A stretch of 64,000 nt of DNA from a virus (taxonomy: Duplodnaviria; Heunggongvirae; Uroviricota; Caudoviricetes): the IMG/VR virus record IMGVR_UViG_3300014204_000003, positions 1 through 64,000 of that record. One strand, given 5' to 3'. A program made the position numbers and the translations under genes. Below, piece after piece: positions 38,785 to 49,007 of the stretch (positions are counted from its first letter, which is position 1; each line of letters starts with the position of its first letter). Under the pieces are notes generated by a model, which worked only from the letters and a program-made list of their open reading frames with translations, made no database searches and was not told the DNA's origin.

Positions 38785-39886
38785 TCTTTGGCTGCTTCCG
38801 CCTCTAGGAGGAAGAGAAAAGGCGTTGGATATTTATCGGTATTAAACAGCAAATCACCATCGCTGGTAAACACTCCCCACATGGGATAGATTCTCCTGAC
38901 TTTGGAGTTATCCGGCGCCGATGATTTTCCTGATGGCATTGGTCGTAATCTTCTTCCCGGGATGTTCTGACTGCCATCCGCGGGTGACGTAGAAGCAGCG
39001 CCGGCACACAGGGGACCCGCACCATTCTCCCTGGTAGTCGTCTGGCATAATTTCATCCTCGTAAATGGGAATCCCAAACTTGTCCGAAGTTTCTTTATTG
39101 CAGATCGTACATTCACAGGTAATCTCCCAGAGGTTGATAACGAGAACTCTATTCCCGGGTGTCTTTGTATGGCCGGATAGCGGCATAATCCCACTCCCAA
39201 CAAGTTTCATCCCACTTAAATATAGAGGGACACCCTCTCCGATTAACGAATTCCAGCCACGCTTTGACTCTCCTAATGCGATCTCCATCCCTAACCGTAT
39301 CAATCACCACCGGGTGCCAGGCAAACCATTTATGCCATCCACTTAACCGTACAGTTTTAGACTCTTTCGTTTCTCCGTTACGCCACTTCATGGGTTTTCT
39401 CCATTTCATTTTGGCTTCTTCTTGATAACTCGGGTACGACTGGGGCTCTGAATAACCGTATCCATCAGGAGGTAGACACCAACTTTGGTCGGCGCCTTGA
39501 ATTTCGGATTCTCGTCTGCCATATAGAAATCACCATCGCCAAAGTCCTCAGTCCAAACCCGGATAGTCTTGGGAAGTGGCCTATTTATTGGCATCAATGA
39601 TAGCCTCGATAATTTCCTTCAACATAGAGTTAATGATATAGGCGCTGTATATGATGCCCTTGGGTTGCGCTATTATCTTTTTTATCAGCAACTCATGGGC
39701 TCTTAGAAGACATGATTCGCACAGGTCGACATCATAACTGACGCTGGACATGCCCCCGGCCGCATCCGCTTCCCTGTCATAGATAAAGCATCTTAGCTTT
39801 GCATCATGTTTCCTGCATGCATCGCATATTGTAATTTTCATGCAATCCTCTTTAGATTATTAGAATGCTTATCCACTGAATATAAA

Positions 39887-40741
39887 TCACATTCCCTGAA
39901 TGTCAAATACTTTATGTGAATTATCGTTACATTTATTATTATGCGCGGCATAGATTGCGGCCGGCCGGGCCCATTTCTTCTGGAAACGCATCCACTGGCG
40001 GTCACGTTTGCCATTTTTATCACGAAAGAGCATAGCCATGGGAAAGACTCCCAAATTCAGAACTGATTCCAGTCGTTTCTCTGCTCGTTCGATCGTATCG
40101 TTCTCATATCCGATTAAAACGAAGCACCTGAGATTTTGCCTGGTGAAGTCGGCTTCGATCATTTTTGCGGCGGCAATTACGAGAGGGTCCCAGTCTCCGG
40201 GAGTGTCATATGCAAAAAAAAGTTGATGGGGTTTAAGCTGGGCCAATAAATCCACATGCCAATCTTTAAGGATGGCAGCCTCGAGGCCTCCGGTGAATTC
40301 CGCCCGGGTTTGCTGTCGACTGAGCATGGAGAAGACTTCCCGGACATGGGAATCCGAGCAGGCGAGCAGATTGTCATCGAGGATATTGAATCCATCAGCG
40401 ACCGGATATTCCCGGACTATTCGGCCTTCGCGCTCCGGGACTGAACAGAACCAGCAGCGATTTGGGCAGCCGCGGCTGGTGATGACATAGCCGGACTTCA
40501 GATAGCGGCCGGGAATGAATTCCTCACCCCTCATGCCGGTAGCGGGGCCTCCGATCCTGACCGGTGCGACATGGCGCCATTCCCGGGCCAATCGTTCTGC
40601 TTCCGGAAGATCCCAAGTGAAAGTGACGCTGACATGAACTTCATCAACCTCTGGGGGGAATAATCCCGGGGCGCCGACAAAGGCGAGCTCATCGGAAGGC
40701 GTCGCTTTGGTTCTTCGCGGGAAAACCCGGGCAATCCTCAT
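39887..40741 (-). CDS. radical SAM domain protein
   Basis: TSRGCPNRCWFCSVPE contains a CxxxCxxC radical-SAM cluster motif. Confidence 0.55.
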   Translation of the reverse strand: MRIARVFPRRTKATPSDELAFVGAPGLFPPEVDEVHVSVTFTWDLPEAERLAREWRHVAPVRIGGPATGMRGEEFIPGRYLKSGYVITSRGCPNRCWFCSVPEREGRIVREYPVADGFNILDDNLLACSDSHVREVFSMLSRQQTRAEFTGGLEAAILKDWHVDLLAQLKPHQLFFAYDTPGDWDPLVIAAAKMIEADFTRQNLRCFVLIGYENDTIERAEKRLESVLNLGVFPMAMLFRDKNGKRDRQWMRFQKKWARPAAIYAAHNNKCNDNSHKVFDIQGM

Positions 40742-40989
40742 TCCATGGCCCCGCGGATTCTGGATTCCCGGGAAGTCATGTGGCGCCGGCGCCGGTTAGC
40801 TCTTACGGCAGCAACGCGTTCGGGATCCCGGACCAGTCTCAGGAAGGAGTCCTCGACCATTTTACTGATTACCGTGGAGCCGCGTTCCCACCGGCTGACG
40901 GTTTCGGCGCTGACACCGAGTTCTTTGGCGACCTCTTTACCGAGGAGGCCGACACCCTTTCTGAGGGATTGCATCCATACGCCTTCCAT
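40738..40989 (-). CDS. HTH transcriptional regulator (XRE family)
   Basis: LGKEVAKELGVSAETVSRWERG is an XRE helix-turn-helix. Confidence 0.6.
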   Translation of the reverse strand: MEGVWMQSLRKGVGLLGKEVAKELGVSAETVSRWERGSTVISKMVEDSFLRLVRDPERVAAVRANRRRRHMTSRESRIRGAME

Positions 40990-41282
40990 TATTTATCTCC
41001 TTCGAACCATTCTCCGCATTTGGAGCACACGAGTTTTGAGTTGACGCATGCGCTACAGGGCGGACTGATATGACAAGTGCATTCGCCGGCTTTTTCGTAA
41101 GCCAGGATACCGGGACAGCCGTCGATTCCACAGATATCGCCTTCCTCTTTATTCCCCATGTTTATCTTCTTCCTTTTCGAGGATTTCCAAGAGAGCGTCC
41201 GCACATTCGACAGCATGGTTGGCGATATACTTGGGATTATACATGGCGCTGGAAAGTAAGCCGGAGAGAGCGGCGCCGGCAT
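40989..41282 (-). CDS. hypothetical zinc-ribbon protein
   Basis: CGIDGCPG...CTCHISPPCSACVNSKLVCSKCGEW. Confidence 0.4.
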   Translation of the reverse strand: MPAPLSPAYFPAPCIIPSISPTMLSNVRTLSWKSSKRKKINMGNKEEGDICGIDGCPGILAYEKAGECTCHISPPCSACVNSKLVCSKCGEWFEGDK

Positions 41283-41360
41283 AATATTCCCGGAGAGTCA
41301 TTCCGGGAATAGCGAACATACTGGTTGCTACGGGGAAAGCCTGTTTTGAAGCCTTATCCA

Positions 41361-42845
41361 TCATTTTTCTCCTTTAGTTCGATAAAGCCGTGCCCGGCTG
41401 TAAGACGCATTTTTGAGCATGGGAATCTGGGTATCCACGAAATCAAACAGGATGGCGCGATCTTTCCCGGGAGCGGCGCGAGCGACGCGGCCGACCATTT
41501 GGATAGTCCGCGGGCCGCCGGCAACGGGAGAGGCGAGGAAGAGTAGGTCCCAGCCGGGAACGTCGATGCCTTCACCGAGAAGATGGAAAGTTGCGATGGT
41601 AAGATTTGCGCCGGAAATCACTCTGTCCATGGACAACTGCTTTTCGAGCTTTTTAAGTTCGCCGTGGAGGAGTGCTGGGTTCAAATCGGCCATAATTTCG
41701 CTCAAACGCTCTGCCTGTTCGATGCGATCGGTTAGGATGAGCACTTTTGAATCGGGATATTTAGCCATGATTTTGCGCACGTCCATGGATATGAACATAT
41801 TCCGTGGTTCATCGATGGCGAGATTGGTGATCATTGCGCCCCATCTGCTGGGGTCGTCCTGCATATCGAAGAAATAATTTGTGGGAATAATGCGGATCTG
41901 GGGCCACATAATTTTGCCGGCATCCTCGACTTCCTTGAAAGTCACATTAGCGACGATGGGCCCGATCATCCGCCAGATAAGGAACTCCATTTTGTCCTTG
42001 CGCCAGGCAGTGGCGGAGAACCCGTACTTCAGCTTACATGGAAGGCGCCGCATGAGGTCTGCCCACGTAGCTGCCGCGATATGGTGGCATTCATCGGTGA
42101 TCACGCAGCCGAACCGGTTGTACAGTTTATGATTCTTGTCGATTTTCATCCGCGTCAGAGTCGCAACCGTCGCAATCGTGATGTCCCGGACAACCTTATT
42201 TCCGCCCCCAAGCACCCCGGGTTCATACCCAAGCCACGCCCGGCACCGCTCTATCGTCTGTTTAAGCAGGAATTTCGTATGCACCACTATCAATGTCGGA
42301 ACCTGAACCCGCGCTGCCAACGAAAGCAGCATATTCGTCTTCCCACTCCCAGTCGGCGCCTGCACCACCCCATTATTCACCTTCATCACCGCATCAATCG
42401 CCGGTTCCTGGAAATCGTACATCTCCCCAGTCTCCACAATCACCTGCTCCATCGCCGGGACCTCCGGGAAACACTCCTCAACTCGGTACTCCATCCCCTC
42501 CGTAATTAGCTTGTCCTGCACAACGTCAAAATAACCCCGCGGCAACGCCAGCCACCCATCCTTCTCCCTCCACAAACTGACGAATTCCGGAATCTTCTTC
42601 AAATTCCACTCAATCCCACGCTTCTTTGCCCGAAATGCCGCCCTCTTACGAGCGTCCTCTATCATCTCCTCTTTACCGGGCTCCAAATACCCCTTGAACA
42701 TCCTCAAATACTGATCCCTCTTCGGATTCCTGAACGTGTTCTCCTTCTTAAACCACTCCTTCACTTCCTCACTCAGCCCGCAAATAAACACTTCCTCCCG
42801 GACAATGACCCTGATCGGCATGAATCCACTCCTTAAAATAGACAA
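41361..42845 (-). CDS. superfamily-2 DEAD/DEAH-box helicase (type III restriction-enzyme res-subunit-like)
   Basis: Walker A QAPTGSGKT and DEAH-box ITDECHH, followed by helicase C motifs. 494 aa. Confidence 0.8.
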   Translation of the reverse strand: MSILRSGFMPIRVIVREEVFICGLSEEVKEWFKKENTFRNPKRDQYLRMFKGYLEPGKEEMIEDARKRAAFRAKKRGIEWNLKKIPEFVSLWREKDGWLALPRGYFDVVQDKLITEGMEYRVEECFPEVPAMEQVIVETGEMYDFQEPAIDAVMKVNNGVVQAPTGSGKTNMLLSLAARVQVPTLIVVHTKFLLKQTIERCRAWLGYEPGVLGGGNKVVRDITIATVATLTRMKIDKNHKLYNRFGCVITDECHHIAAATWADLMRRLPCKLKYGFSATAWRKDKMEFLIWRMIGPIVANVTFKEVEDAGKIMWPQIRIIPTNYFFDMQDDPSRWGAMITNLAIDEPRNMFISMDVRKIMAKYPDSKVLILTDRIEQAERLSEIMADLNPALLHGELKKLEKQLSMDRVISGANLTIATFHLLGEGIDVPGWDLLFLASPVAGGPRTIQMVGRVARAAPGKDRAILFDFVDTQIPMLKNASYSRARLYRTKGEK

Positions 42846-42869
42846 TATGTTGATTATACTACGAGCGCA

Positions 42870-43017
42870 GACAACATAATGTCAAGAATAGAAAGACTCG
42901 TCACTATTAAACCACTAAATGGTGACTAAACCGGGAAGAGGAGGGACAAATCGTGTCCGTGGGGGGACAAAATGGTCGAAAACACCGGGTTGAGACAACA
43001 ATATGTCAAGAAAAGTA
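42870..43017. repeat. direct repeats ACAACA(T/A)AATGTCAAGAA(T/A)AG (x2) plus GGGACAAA (x2) in an 880-nt ORF-free region
   Basis: Repeats seen in the gene-free interval 42846-43724 between the helicase and HU-like genes. Confidence 0.6.
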
Positions 43018-43724
43018 GGGGGTAAAAAAAATCGGGCACGTACATATCGGGACTAGATACTATAGATCGACCCCGCCCCCGCCTGGCTCTCGCACCTACC
43101 CGGCCCCTCTCGCGTTCGTCTTGGGCGGCGTTTTGTGTCCTATTCGTTCTGCCTGGTTCCCATGCGTGGCGCTATGTCATTGAGCCATCTATACTTCCTG
43201 TTATTCCCATGTTCTTACGTTACATTCTGATGTTTTGTAACCTTGGCATTTTTGGCATGTACAGCTTCACTTTTTTGAGGGTTCGGGAGGCTTCATTCAT
43301 ACATGTCATGAAAAGGCTTTTCCGCCCTTCTGGGTCATTTGCCCCAGTTGCTCTTTTATGAACTGCTCTCGTCCATGGACAATGAGACATCCTTTTAGCC
43401 TGTCATCTGTCTATCATGATTTGATGATGTATGGCTATAGCTTTGGATATGCGATTAGTGGGATTGCGGGAAGCAGAGGCCTTTACATTATATATGTGAA
43501 ATGCATGTGCTTTGGGATCGCTGTGCTACTGCGGCGATCTACTTACATGAATTATGGCGGATTATTGGCGCTAACCTTTTATGTGATATGTAGTTGGGAT
43601 GATAGGGTCTTGACTATGGCAATACCCTGCAATGGACATCTTTGCATGCTTGGCTAATTTACCGGGTATAGAGGCATGTCCTTTAGTGGGATCGTGCCTC
43701 TATGCCTGTTATACGAGGGATTTA

Positions 43725-44471
43725 TCAGGGGAATTCAGGCTCATAGCGTGATATTGGCGGATTTAGGCCTTTATTGGCTTTTATCTGGTTTATGCGTTCT
43801 TGGATAGTTTGCGGTGTGTCATATGTCTGGATTGGATTAGCCTTGATAGGCTCCTTTGGTCTTTCTGGTCTCAGGGCCCTTTCGATGCTCATCGCCTCCT
43901 CTGGAAGATGTCGCATTTGAGAACTTATAGTGTGCTCGGGTTCTGGCGCCGGTTCCTCTGTCTTGGCTATTGGGATCATTTGCCCGGGTTGCATCGTATC
44001 CTTCAATTCGCTTATCACTGACTGTCTCAATTGTGGCATCCTCTCCCATGGTGGCGTTCCATCCTCTGGCTTGCGGATCTTGGTATATCTCTCTCTCGCC
44101 GGCCGATACTCTTTGAGATATGCCTCTTTGATCGGTGTGTTTACCCTTCGCACCGTTTCCCTTATTGCCAAGTTTGGCTTCCATGATAGCTGCATCATTT
44201 CCGGCCGCTGAGGCAATCCGTGCTTGTCCCTCCATGAGCTCCGCCTCCCTCTTCTGGCATATTTTACCGTCCATGCTCCGAATCCCTTTAGCAAGCACAC
44301 TCCTTGTGTCCCCGGAGGAATATCCCTGATCATTCCTTCCAGCCATGCATTGATTGCTATACCCGTTGCATTCAACGCGTTCTCCGCCTCCCTTCTGCTC
44401 ATGCCTGTCATGTCCACAATTTTATCTACCAGCTTGACCCGGCTTATCCTTGATATCGTTGGTACTGCCAT
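43725..44471 (-). CDS. HU/IHF-like DNA-binding protein with long Pro/Glu-rich C-terminal tail (start re-assigned)
   Basis: VKLVDKIVDMTGMSRREAENALNATGIAINAWL...LKGFGAWTV matches the HU/IHF fold signature. An internal ATG at 44471 is preceded by AAGGAGG. The upstream 116 aa of the track ORF is probably a spurious extension. Confidence 0.55.
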   Translation of the reverse strand: MAVPTISRISRVKLVDKIVDMTGMSRREAENALNATGIAINAWLEGMIRDIPPGTQGVCLLKGFGAWTVKYARRGRRSSWRDKHGLPQRPEMMQLSWKPNLAIRETVRRVNTPIKEAYLKEYRPARERYTKIRKPEDGTPPWERMPQLRQSVISELKDTMQPGQMIPIAKTEEPAPEPEHTISSQMRHLPEEAMSIERALRPERPKEPIKANPIQTYDTPQTIQERINQIKANKGLNPPISRYEPEFP

Positions 44472-44504
44472 TCTTTTGCCTCCTTGAATATGCGTGATTC
44501 CTGT

Positions 44505-44519
44505 GTAAACCCGGTTTAC
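44505..44519. repeat. GTAAACCCGGTTTAC near-palindrome, copy 3
   Basis: Seen about 35 nt upstream of the re-assigned HU-like start. Confidence 0.8.
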
Positions 44520-44597
44520 TCGCCTCTCTTTATATATGCGTTGTCCATGGACATCAAATCTATTTTGATTTACCTGTGATTTTCTTTCACTTTTTAT

Positions 44598-44627
44598 TTG
44601 ACAGGATATTTTATGTCGTGTTATAAA
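44598..44627 (+). promoter_or_regulatory. candidate sigma70-type promoter (TTGACA -18 nt- TATAAA) at the strand-switch into the plus-strand module
   Basis: Sequence match only. It lies at the divergent junction where the gene orientation flips. Confidence 0.3.
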
Positions 44628-45790
44628 AATATTATGTTTTTCGCTAATGTATCCGCAATCCATGCCGATATAACTCCCATGAGGCAAATCACTATGAGTT
44701 ACCTTGACCAAGCTATCGCCTTTGCCCGCGCCAATATTGGCGAATGTTTCGCTGGCGCCTTTCTGCTCTATTTTGCCCTCTGGGCAATCTGGGGCTATCG
44801 CGCTTCCTTGCGTATCCATAAGAGATAACTATGAATCCCGTTGCTATCCACTATTTGAATAATGCCGATCGGAGTTTTGCTTTTTACCGGCTCCGTCAGA
44901 AAGGCCTTTTATGCCCGCTCCAATCATTACCCATCAAATCGAGGATCTTGAGCTATTGCCGAACCTTGATGACCTCTGCGATTGCCCTATGTGTGAGGCT
45001 CATGGCCTTACCGTTGCGGATCATCTCTTTATTAACTCACTGGGCAGCGAGCCCTGCATCGCCCCTTGTATCGAATAAGGAGGAGTCTTTCCATGTATAA
45101 GCGTCGCTATATGGTGCAATGGTTCAACCTGAGAACCCATAAGCTGCATTGCGTTAAGGATTTTCCCGCGCAACAATTTGTCACTGCCTGTCTCTCTGCC
45201 CGCGAAGATCATCCAGAGTTCTTCGCAACCCTCTACGATTTCGAATTGCGAGCTTATCGGAATATCAACCCTCATGACCTTTTGCAGGATCACATTGACG
45301 TTATTGGAGAATCTAAATGTCAGCATTAGACAATTTTGCGCAAGCCATGGCACAGCATCCAGCCTTTGCCCGCGCCAATGATTTTATGAAAGCTCGGAAG
45401 GAGGAAGGGGACGAATTTACCCTCTTCATTCTTGAGCCTGTCTTACAGACTGCCAAGATGGCCCTGAAAAATGGCAATTTCGAGCAATTGCATTCTAATC
45501 TTGCTGCCATCGACATAATGATTGCCAACCATGCCGAGACCGGAAATATCTACGGAGACGATTAGAATGAACATGAAACGCATTCCCAGAACCAAGCTTA
45601 CGTCCGGACTGGCAACCCTAACTAGCGCCTACAATGGTCTCTACTACCGATATGAACATGCCAATGCTTTGGATAAGCCTAATCTAGGCAAAGCTTTGGA
45701 TATCATCCATGCGAAGCGTGTCGAAATTGCCACTAGCATTTACGGATGATTGGCGAGTTAGCCCTGCATTCCTTGGAATGTTGGGCTGAT

Positions 45791-45817
45791 CCGCTGATTG
45801 CGGGGAAAAGAGAGAAT
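45791..45817 (+). promoter_or_regulatory. conserved 5'-UTR hairpin + purine-rich RBS motif, copy 1
   Basis: CCGCTgattgCGGGGAAAAGAGAGAAT directly precedes the ATG. Confidence 0.6.
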
Positions 45818-46318
45818 ATGACCGAGCCTAAATATCCATTCACAGCCTTTCGAATCCGCGAAGTACAGGTTAGCTATCTCACAGGGATTGAACTCCCTGA
45901 GCCTATATTGATCCATAATAGCCGTGATATATATATCCGTTTCCGAGACCGGCTGTTATCGTCTCCCGTTGAAGTGTTCGAGGCAATCCTTTTGAATTCG
46001 AAGAATGCCATCATGGGAATTGATCGCATTTCAATTGGATCGCTTAATAGCTCTACCGTGCATCCTCGTGAGGTTTTCTCTAAAGCTGTAAAGCTGCATG
46101 CCGCAGCTATTATTCTTATGCATAATCACCCCAGCGGGGACCCGGCGCCCAGCCGCGAGGATCGCGCTTGCACCGAACGCCTATATCATGCAGGGCTGAT
46201 TCTGGGTATTCGGGTCTTGGATCATATCGTTTTTGGCGATACTGATTATTATTCCTTTGCGGATTCTGGCGCTATGACTGAATTCCCGAAGATCCCCGGA
46301 CTTTCCTATTTGTCTTAA
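45818..46318 (+). CDS. RadC-like JAB/MPN-domain protein (start re-assigned to Met 25 of track ORF)
   Basis: AAAIILMHNHPSGDPAPSREDRACTERL has the RadC/JAMM HNHPSG plus S.ED motif. The conserved UTR hairpin/RBS motif sits directly upstream of this ATG. Confidence 0.65.
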   Translation: MTEPKYPFTAFRIREVQVSYLTGIELPEPILIHNSRDIYIRFRDRLLSSPVEVFEAILLNSKNAIMGIDRISIGSLNSSTVHPREVFSKAVKLHAAAIILMHNHPSGDPAPSREDRACTERLYHAGLILGIRVLDHIVFGDTDYYSFADSGAMTEFPKIPGLSYLS

Positions 46319-46366
46319 GAAGGCTGACTATCGAGTTATCCCCTCATCCTCGGATGTCGGGATAAT

Positions 46367-46394
46367 CCGCTAATCAGCGGGGAAAAGAGAAACC
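46367..46394 (+). promoter_or_regulatory. conserved 5'-UTR hairpin + RBS motif, copy 2
   Basis: CCGCTaatcAGCGGGGAAAAGAGAAACC then ATG at 46395. Confidence 0.6.
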
Positions 46395-46796
46395 ATGGCT
46401 GTTAATAGAATCGATAAGGCCTTTGCCGCTCAATTTCAGAAAGAAATATCCGAGGCAATCCAAACAGTAACTTCCAAGCATGGCATGAAAGCACTCCCTA
46501 GCCGATGCACATTTATCCCTGAGGCCGACGAGATTAATATTAAGCTCCCATTTCGGCGAATACCTACCGATGGCAAAACTGTCGAGCAAGTAGAATTCGA
46601 AAGGCATGCCTCCTCATTTGGTCTCAATGCCGATCTATTCGGCAAAGAGATTATCCTCAAGGGTAAGACGTACCATATAAGCGGAATTAGACCGGCGTCA
46701 TGGAAACGGCCTATCATCATAAAAGATGAAACCCATCATGCTTATGTCGTCCCAGTCGAAACCATTAACCGATGCTTGGGTATACAAGAAAATTGA
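46395..46796 (+). CDS. hypothetical protein
   Basis: 133-aa ORF preceded by the conserved UTR motif. Confidence 0.5.
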   Translation: MAVNRIDKAFAAQFQKEISEAIQTVTSKHGMKALPSRCTFIPEADEINIKLPFRRIPTDGKTVEQVEFERHASSFGLNADLFGKEIILKGKTYHISGIRPASWKRPIIIKDETHHAYVVPVETINRCLGIQEN

Positions 46797-46808
46797 TTTT
46801 GGAGTTCT

Positions 46809-46829
46809 CGTGTAAACCCGGTTTACACG
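46809..46829. repeat. extended palindrome CGTGTAAACCCGGTTTACACG, copy 4
   Basis: Seen in the sequence. Intergenic. Confidence 0.8.
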
Positions 46830-46868
46830 AGGATCCTTGAATCAATCAAGGGGAAAGCAGAGAGAAAC

Positions 46869-47273
46869 ATGATGCATTTTATTGAGAAAGACAGAACCCG
46901 ATTGTCTTACCGTAGTCAACCAATTGATGGCCATTTCATTGAAGTGAGCCTCTATTACTCCAAGGGCAGAGGCATCTATCTTTCAATCATGCCGATAGAG
47001 CGCAAGTCTTCGGGCGGATTTGTCACTGAGAGCTATATTGTCTGTTCCGGCTCCGGTGCCGTTAAGCTTGTCGATTTAGCCCGATCAAACCCTAAATTCC
47101 TTCGCAGTGTAGCCGCTCAAATTAATGATGTCACGCCGATCATGACGGCTCATCTTGATCACAGTAAATCCTCCGATGAATTCACAGCGGCCGTCATGAG
47201 TATCCGCGAATACTACCTGAACTCTTTTGCAAAACCCGCTCCGGCCTTGGAGGTTGCGCATGTCCAAGCGTAA
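46869..47273 (+). CDS. hypothetical protein
   Basis: 134-aa ORF. Confidence 0.45.
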   Translation: MMHFIEKDRTRLSYRSQPIDGHFIEVSLYYSKGRGIYLSIMPIERKSSGGFVTESYIVCSGSGAVKLVDLARSNPKFLRSVAAQINDVTPIMTAHLDHSKSSDEFTAAVMSIREYYLNSFAKPAPALEVAHVQA

Positions 47274-47826
47274 GAAATTGAGACCTCAGTATTTCCTGAG
47301 CCTTACCATGCGCGAAGAACCCAGCATGAAAGATATGGGACATGGGGACCAATCCCTGCTAATTATTTCAATCATCAAGAATGATTTTGAAGGAGGAGGA
47401 ACCTTACTGAACCCGATATGGAAGAATTGCGGGAGTCTCTTCGGTAATCGGGAATATGATCATCTTGAGCTTCGCGCCTATCTGTCTCAAGACACCGATC
47501 TTGCTTACGGCTCCAAGATAGCCTATTGGGAATCATTGCAGATTGATTCCGAAAGAGCAGCGACAATGTGCCGGGTACTTCGCAGAATTGACAAGAAGCT
47601 GAAGTATTTCAATAACTTTGAGGGATCGGTAGATGACATTGGTACGTTAGCCTATCGTTTTTGCCGTGCTATAGGCGCTGAGGGAATCATTGAATGGACA
47701 AGCAACCATTCCAGCTATGCAGACGCCTCCAATAAAAGATGGGATGTTGGACAAATCAAGAGCGTAGTCAATACGCGCATTTACCAATGGCATTGCGGAC
47801 ACCCGAAAGAAGCGCAAATCGCATAA
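47227..47826 (+). CDS. hypothetical protein
   Basis: 199-aa ORF. GGAGG lies upstream of the ATG. Confidence 0.45.
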   Translation: MQNPLRPWRLRMSKRKKLRPQYFLSLTMREEPSMKDMGHGDQSLLIISIIKNDFEGGGTLLNPIWKNCGSLFGNREYDHLELRAYLSQDTDLAYGSKIAYWESLQIDSERAATMCRVLRRIDKKLKYFNNFEGSVDDIGTLAYRFCRAIGAEGIIEWTSNHSSYADASNKRWDVGQIKSVVNTRIYQWHCGHPKEAQIA

Positions 47827-48709
47827 TCCGAGCGCCGACATGGATTCCTATTCATGCCGGCGCTCTTTAGCCGTCTAATAAGGAATGGACAATCATGCCA
47901 AGATTATTTGAGATTGCTAATGATGTCGTTGGGAAAATGGAAAACCCAAGACCGCGACGAATGAACCATAATTGTCGACAGACTAAGCACAAGTACCCCT
48001 GTCCTGTCTGTCATAAACCGAATTGCTTATCCGCAGAAGAATACCGCGTCGGATTCCTTTGTCATAAATGCTCACGGGAGGTTTAACATGCCTATTTTAT
48101 GGGATGTGAATAATATTCCGAAGACCTTATGTCAGGTTGTCGCACACCACAAGGCGACTAAAGGTTGCACGGATACCTATACCAATGGGGCGGAAATTGT
48201 CTGCCCTACCTGCAAGCTTAAGGCTCATCCGCTTTGCAATTTCGGATTTCTCCGCCTTCATGACCTCAACTACGTTGTGAATGAAATTATCGGATTGGAG
48301 GATTTTTAAATGAACCAAGACTGGGACAGAGAACCCGGCATGGATGCACACCGGCATGTTAAATACGGGGACGGATATATTACCAAAAACCCTATCAATA
48401 TGACCAAGACAGACAGGGATAGCCTTTTCACTGAGCTTGATTCCCATTTGCAAAAACAGAAGCTTCCCACGTCATACGGATTGCATCGATTAGCCCATGC
48501 TGATGAATTCATGCTTATGCACATATCCGAAGATGGCACTATCGGCTTTAAGCATATTTGCAGCCGCAACTATGTTTTCTTGGTGCCTAAGTATCGTCAC
48601 GAAGGATGCTATGAACTCTCTGTGCCGATAAGTAATGAACCCTTTATGCGCGGACAATTTGACGAATAAGCGGCGATTTAGCAAGCCAACTGGGGATTGG
48701 CTTGCTATA

Positions 48710-48742
48710 CCGCTACTTACAGCGGGGAAAGAGAGAAATACT
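48710..48742 (+). promoter_or_regulatory. conserved 5'-UTR hairpin + RBS motif, copy 3 (followed by TTG start)
   Basis: CCGCTacttacAGCGGGGAAAGAGAGAAATACT then an in-frame TTG. Confidence 0.5.
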
Positions 48743-48974
48743 TTGAATGATCCTATTGTAAAGATTGATTCCACTAATAACAGGCTTGTCATTAGCCTCC
48801 CTTTGGATACGCCGACGCCTTCCGCTTCCGGGAAAACCCTTGTGGTAGCTTCTACCCATGGGAACGTGAAGACCGGCGTCATGGTTAATGGGAAAGAAAT
48901 AACCATTGGCGTCAATGCTTACATAAAGCCCTAATGAAGTGCGAGTTTGCCAGCCGTGCCTTTGGGCTGGCATA

Positions 48975-49007
48975 TCCGCTTTTACAGCGGGGAAAAGAGA
49001 GAAACCC
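48975..49007 (+). promoter_or_regulatory. conserved 5'-UTR hairpin + RBS motif, copy 4
   Basis: CCGCTtttacAGCGGGGAAAAGAGAGAAACCC then ATG at 49008. Confidence 0.6.

Noticed and set aside
44472-44819. Upstream 116 codons of ORF 43725..44819
   Set aside because: There is no RBS at 44819, whereas the internal ATG at 44471 has AAGGAGG and the HU-like domain starts right after it. The palindromic regulatory motif lies inside the supposed extension.
46809-46829. Interpreting the GTAAACCCGGTTTAC palindromes as rho-independent terminators
   Set aside because: The stems are AT-rich and no U-tract follows. Two copies lie directly upstream of start codons. An operator or protein-binding site fits better.
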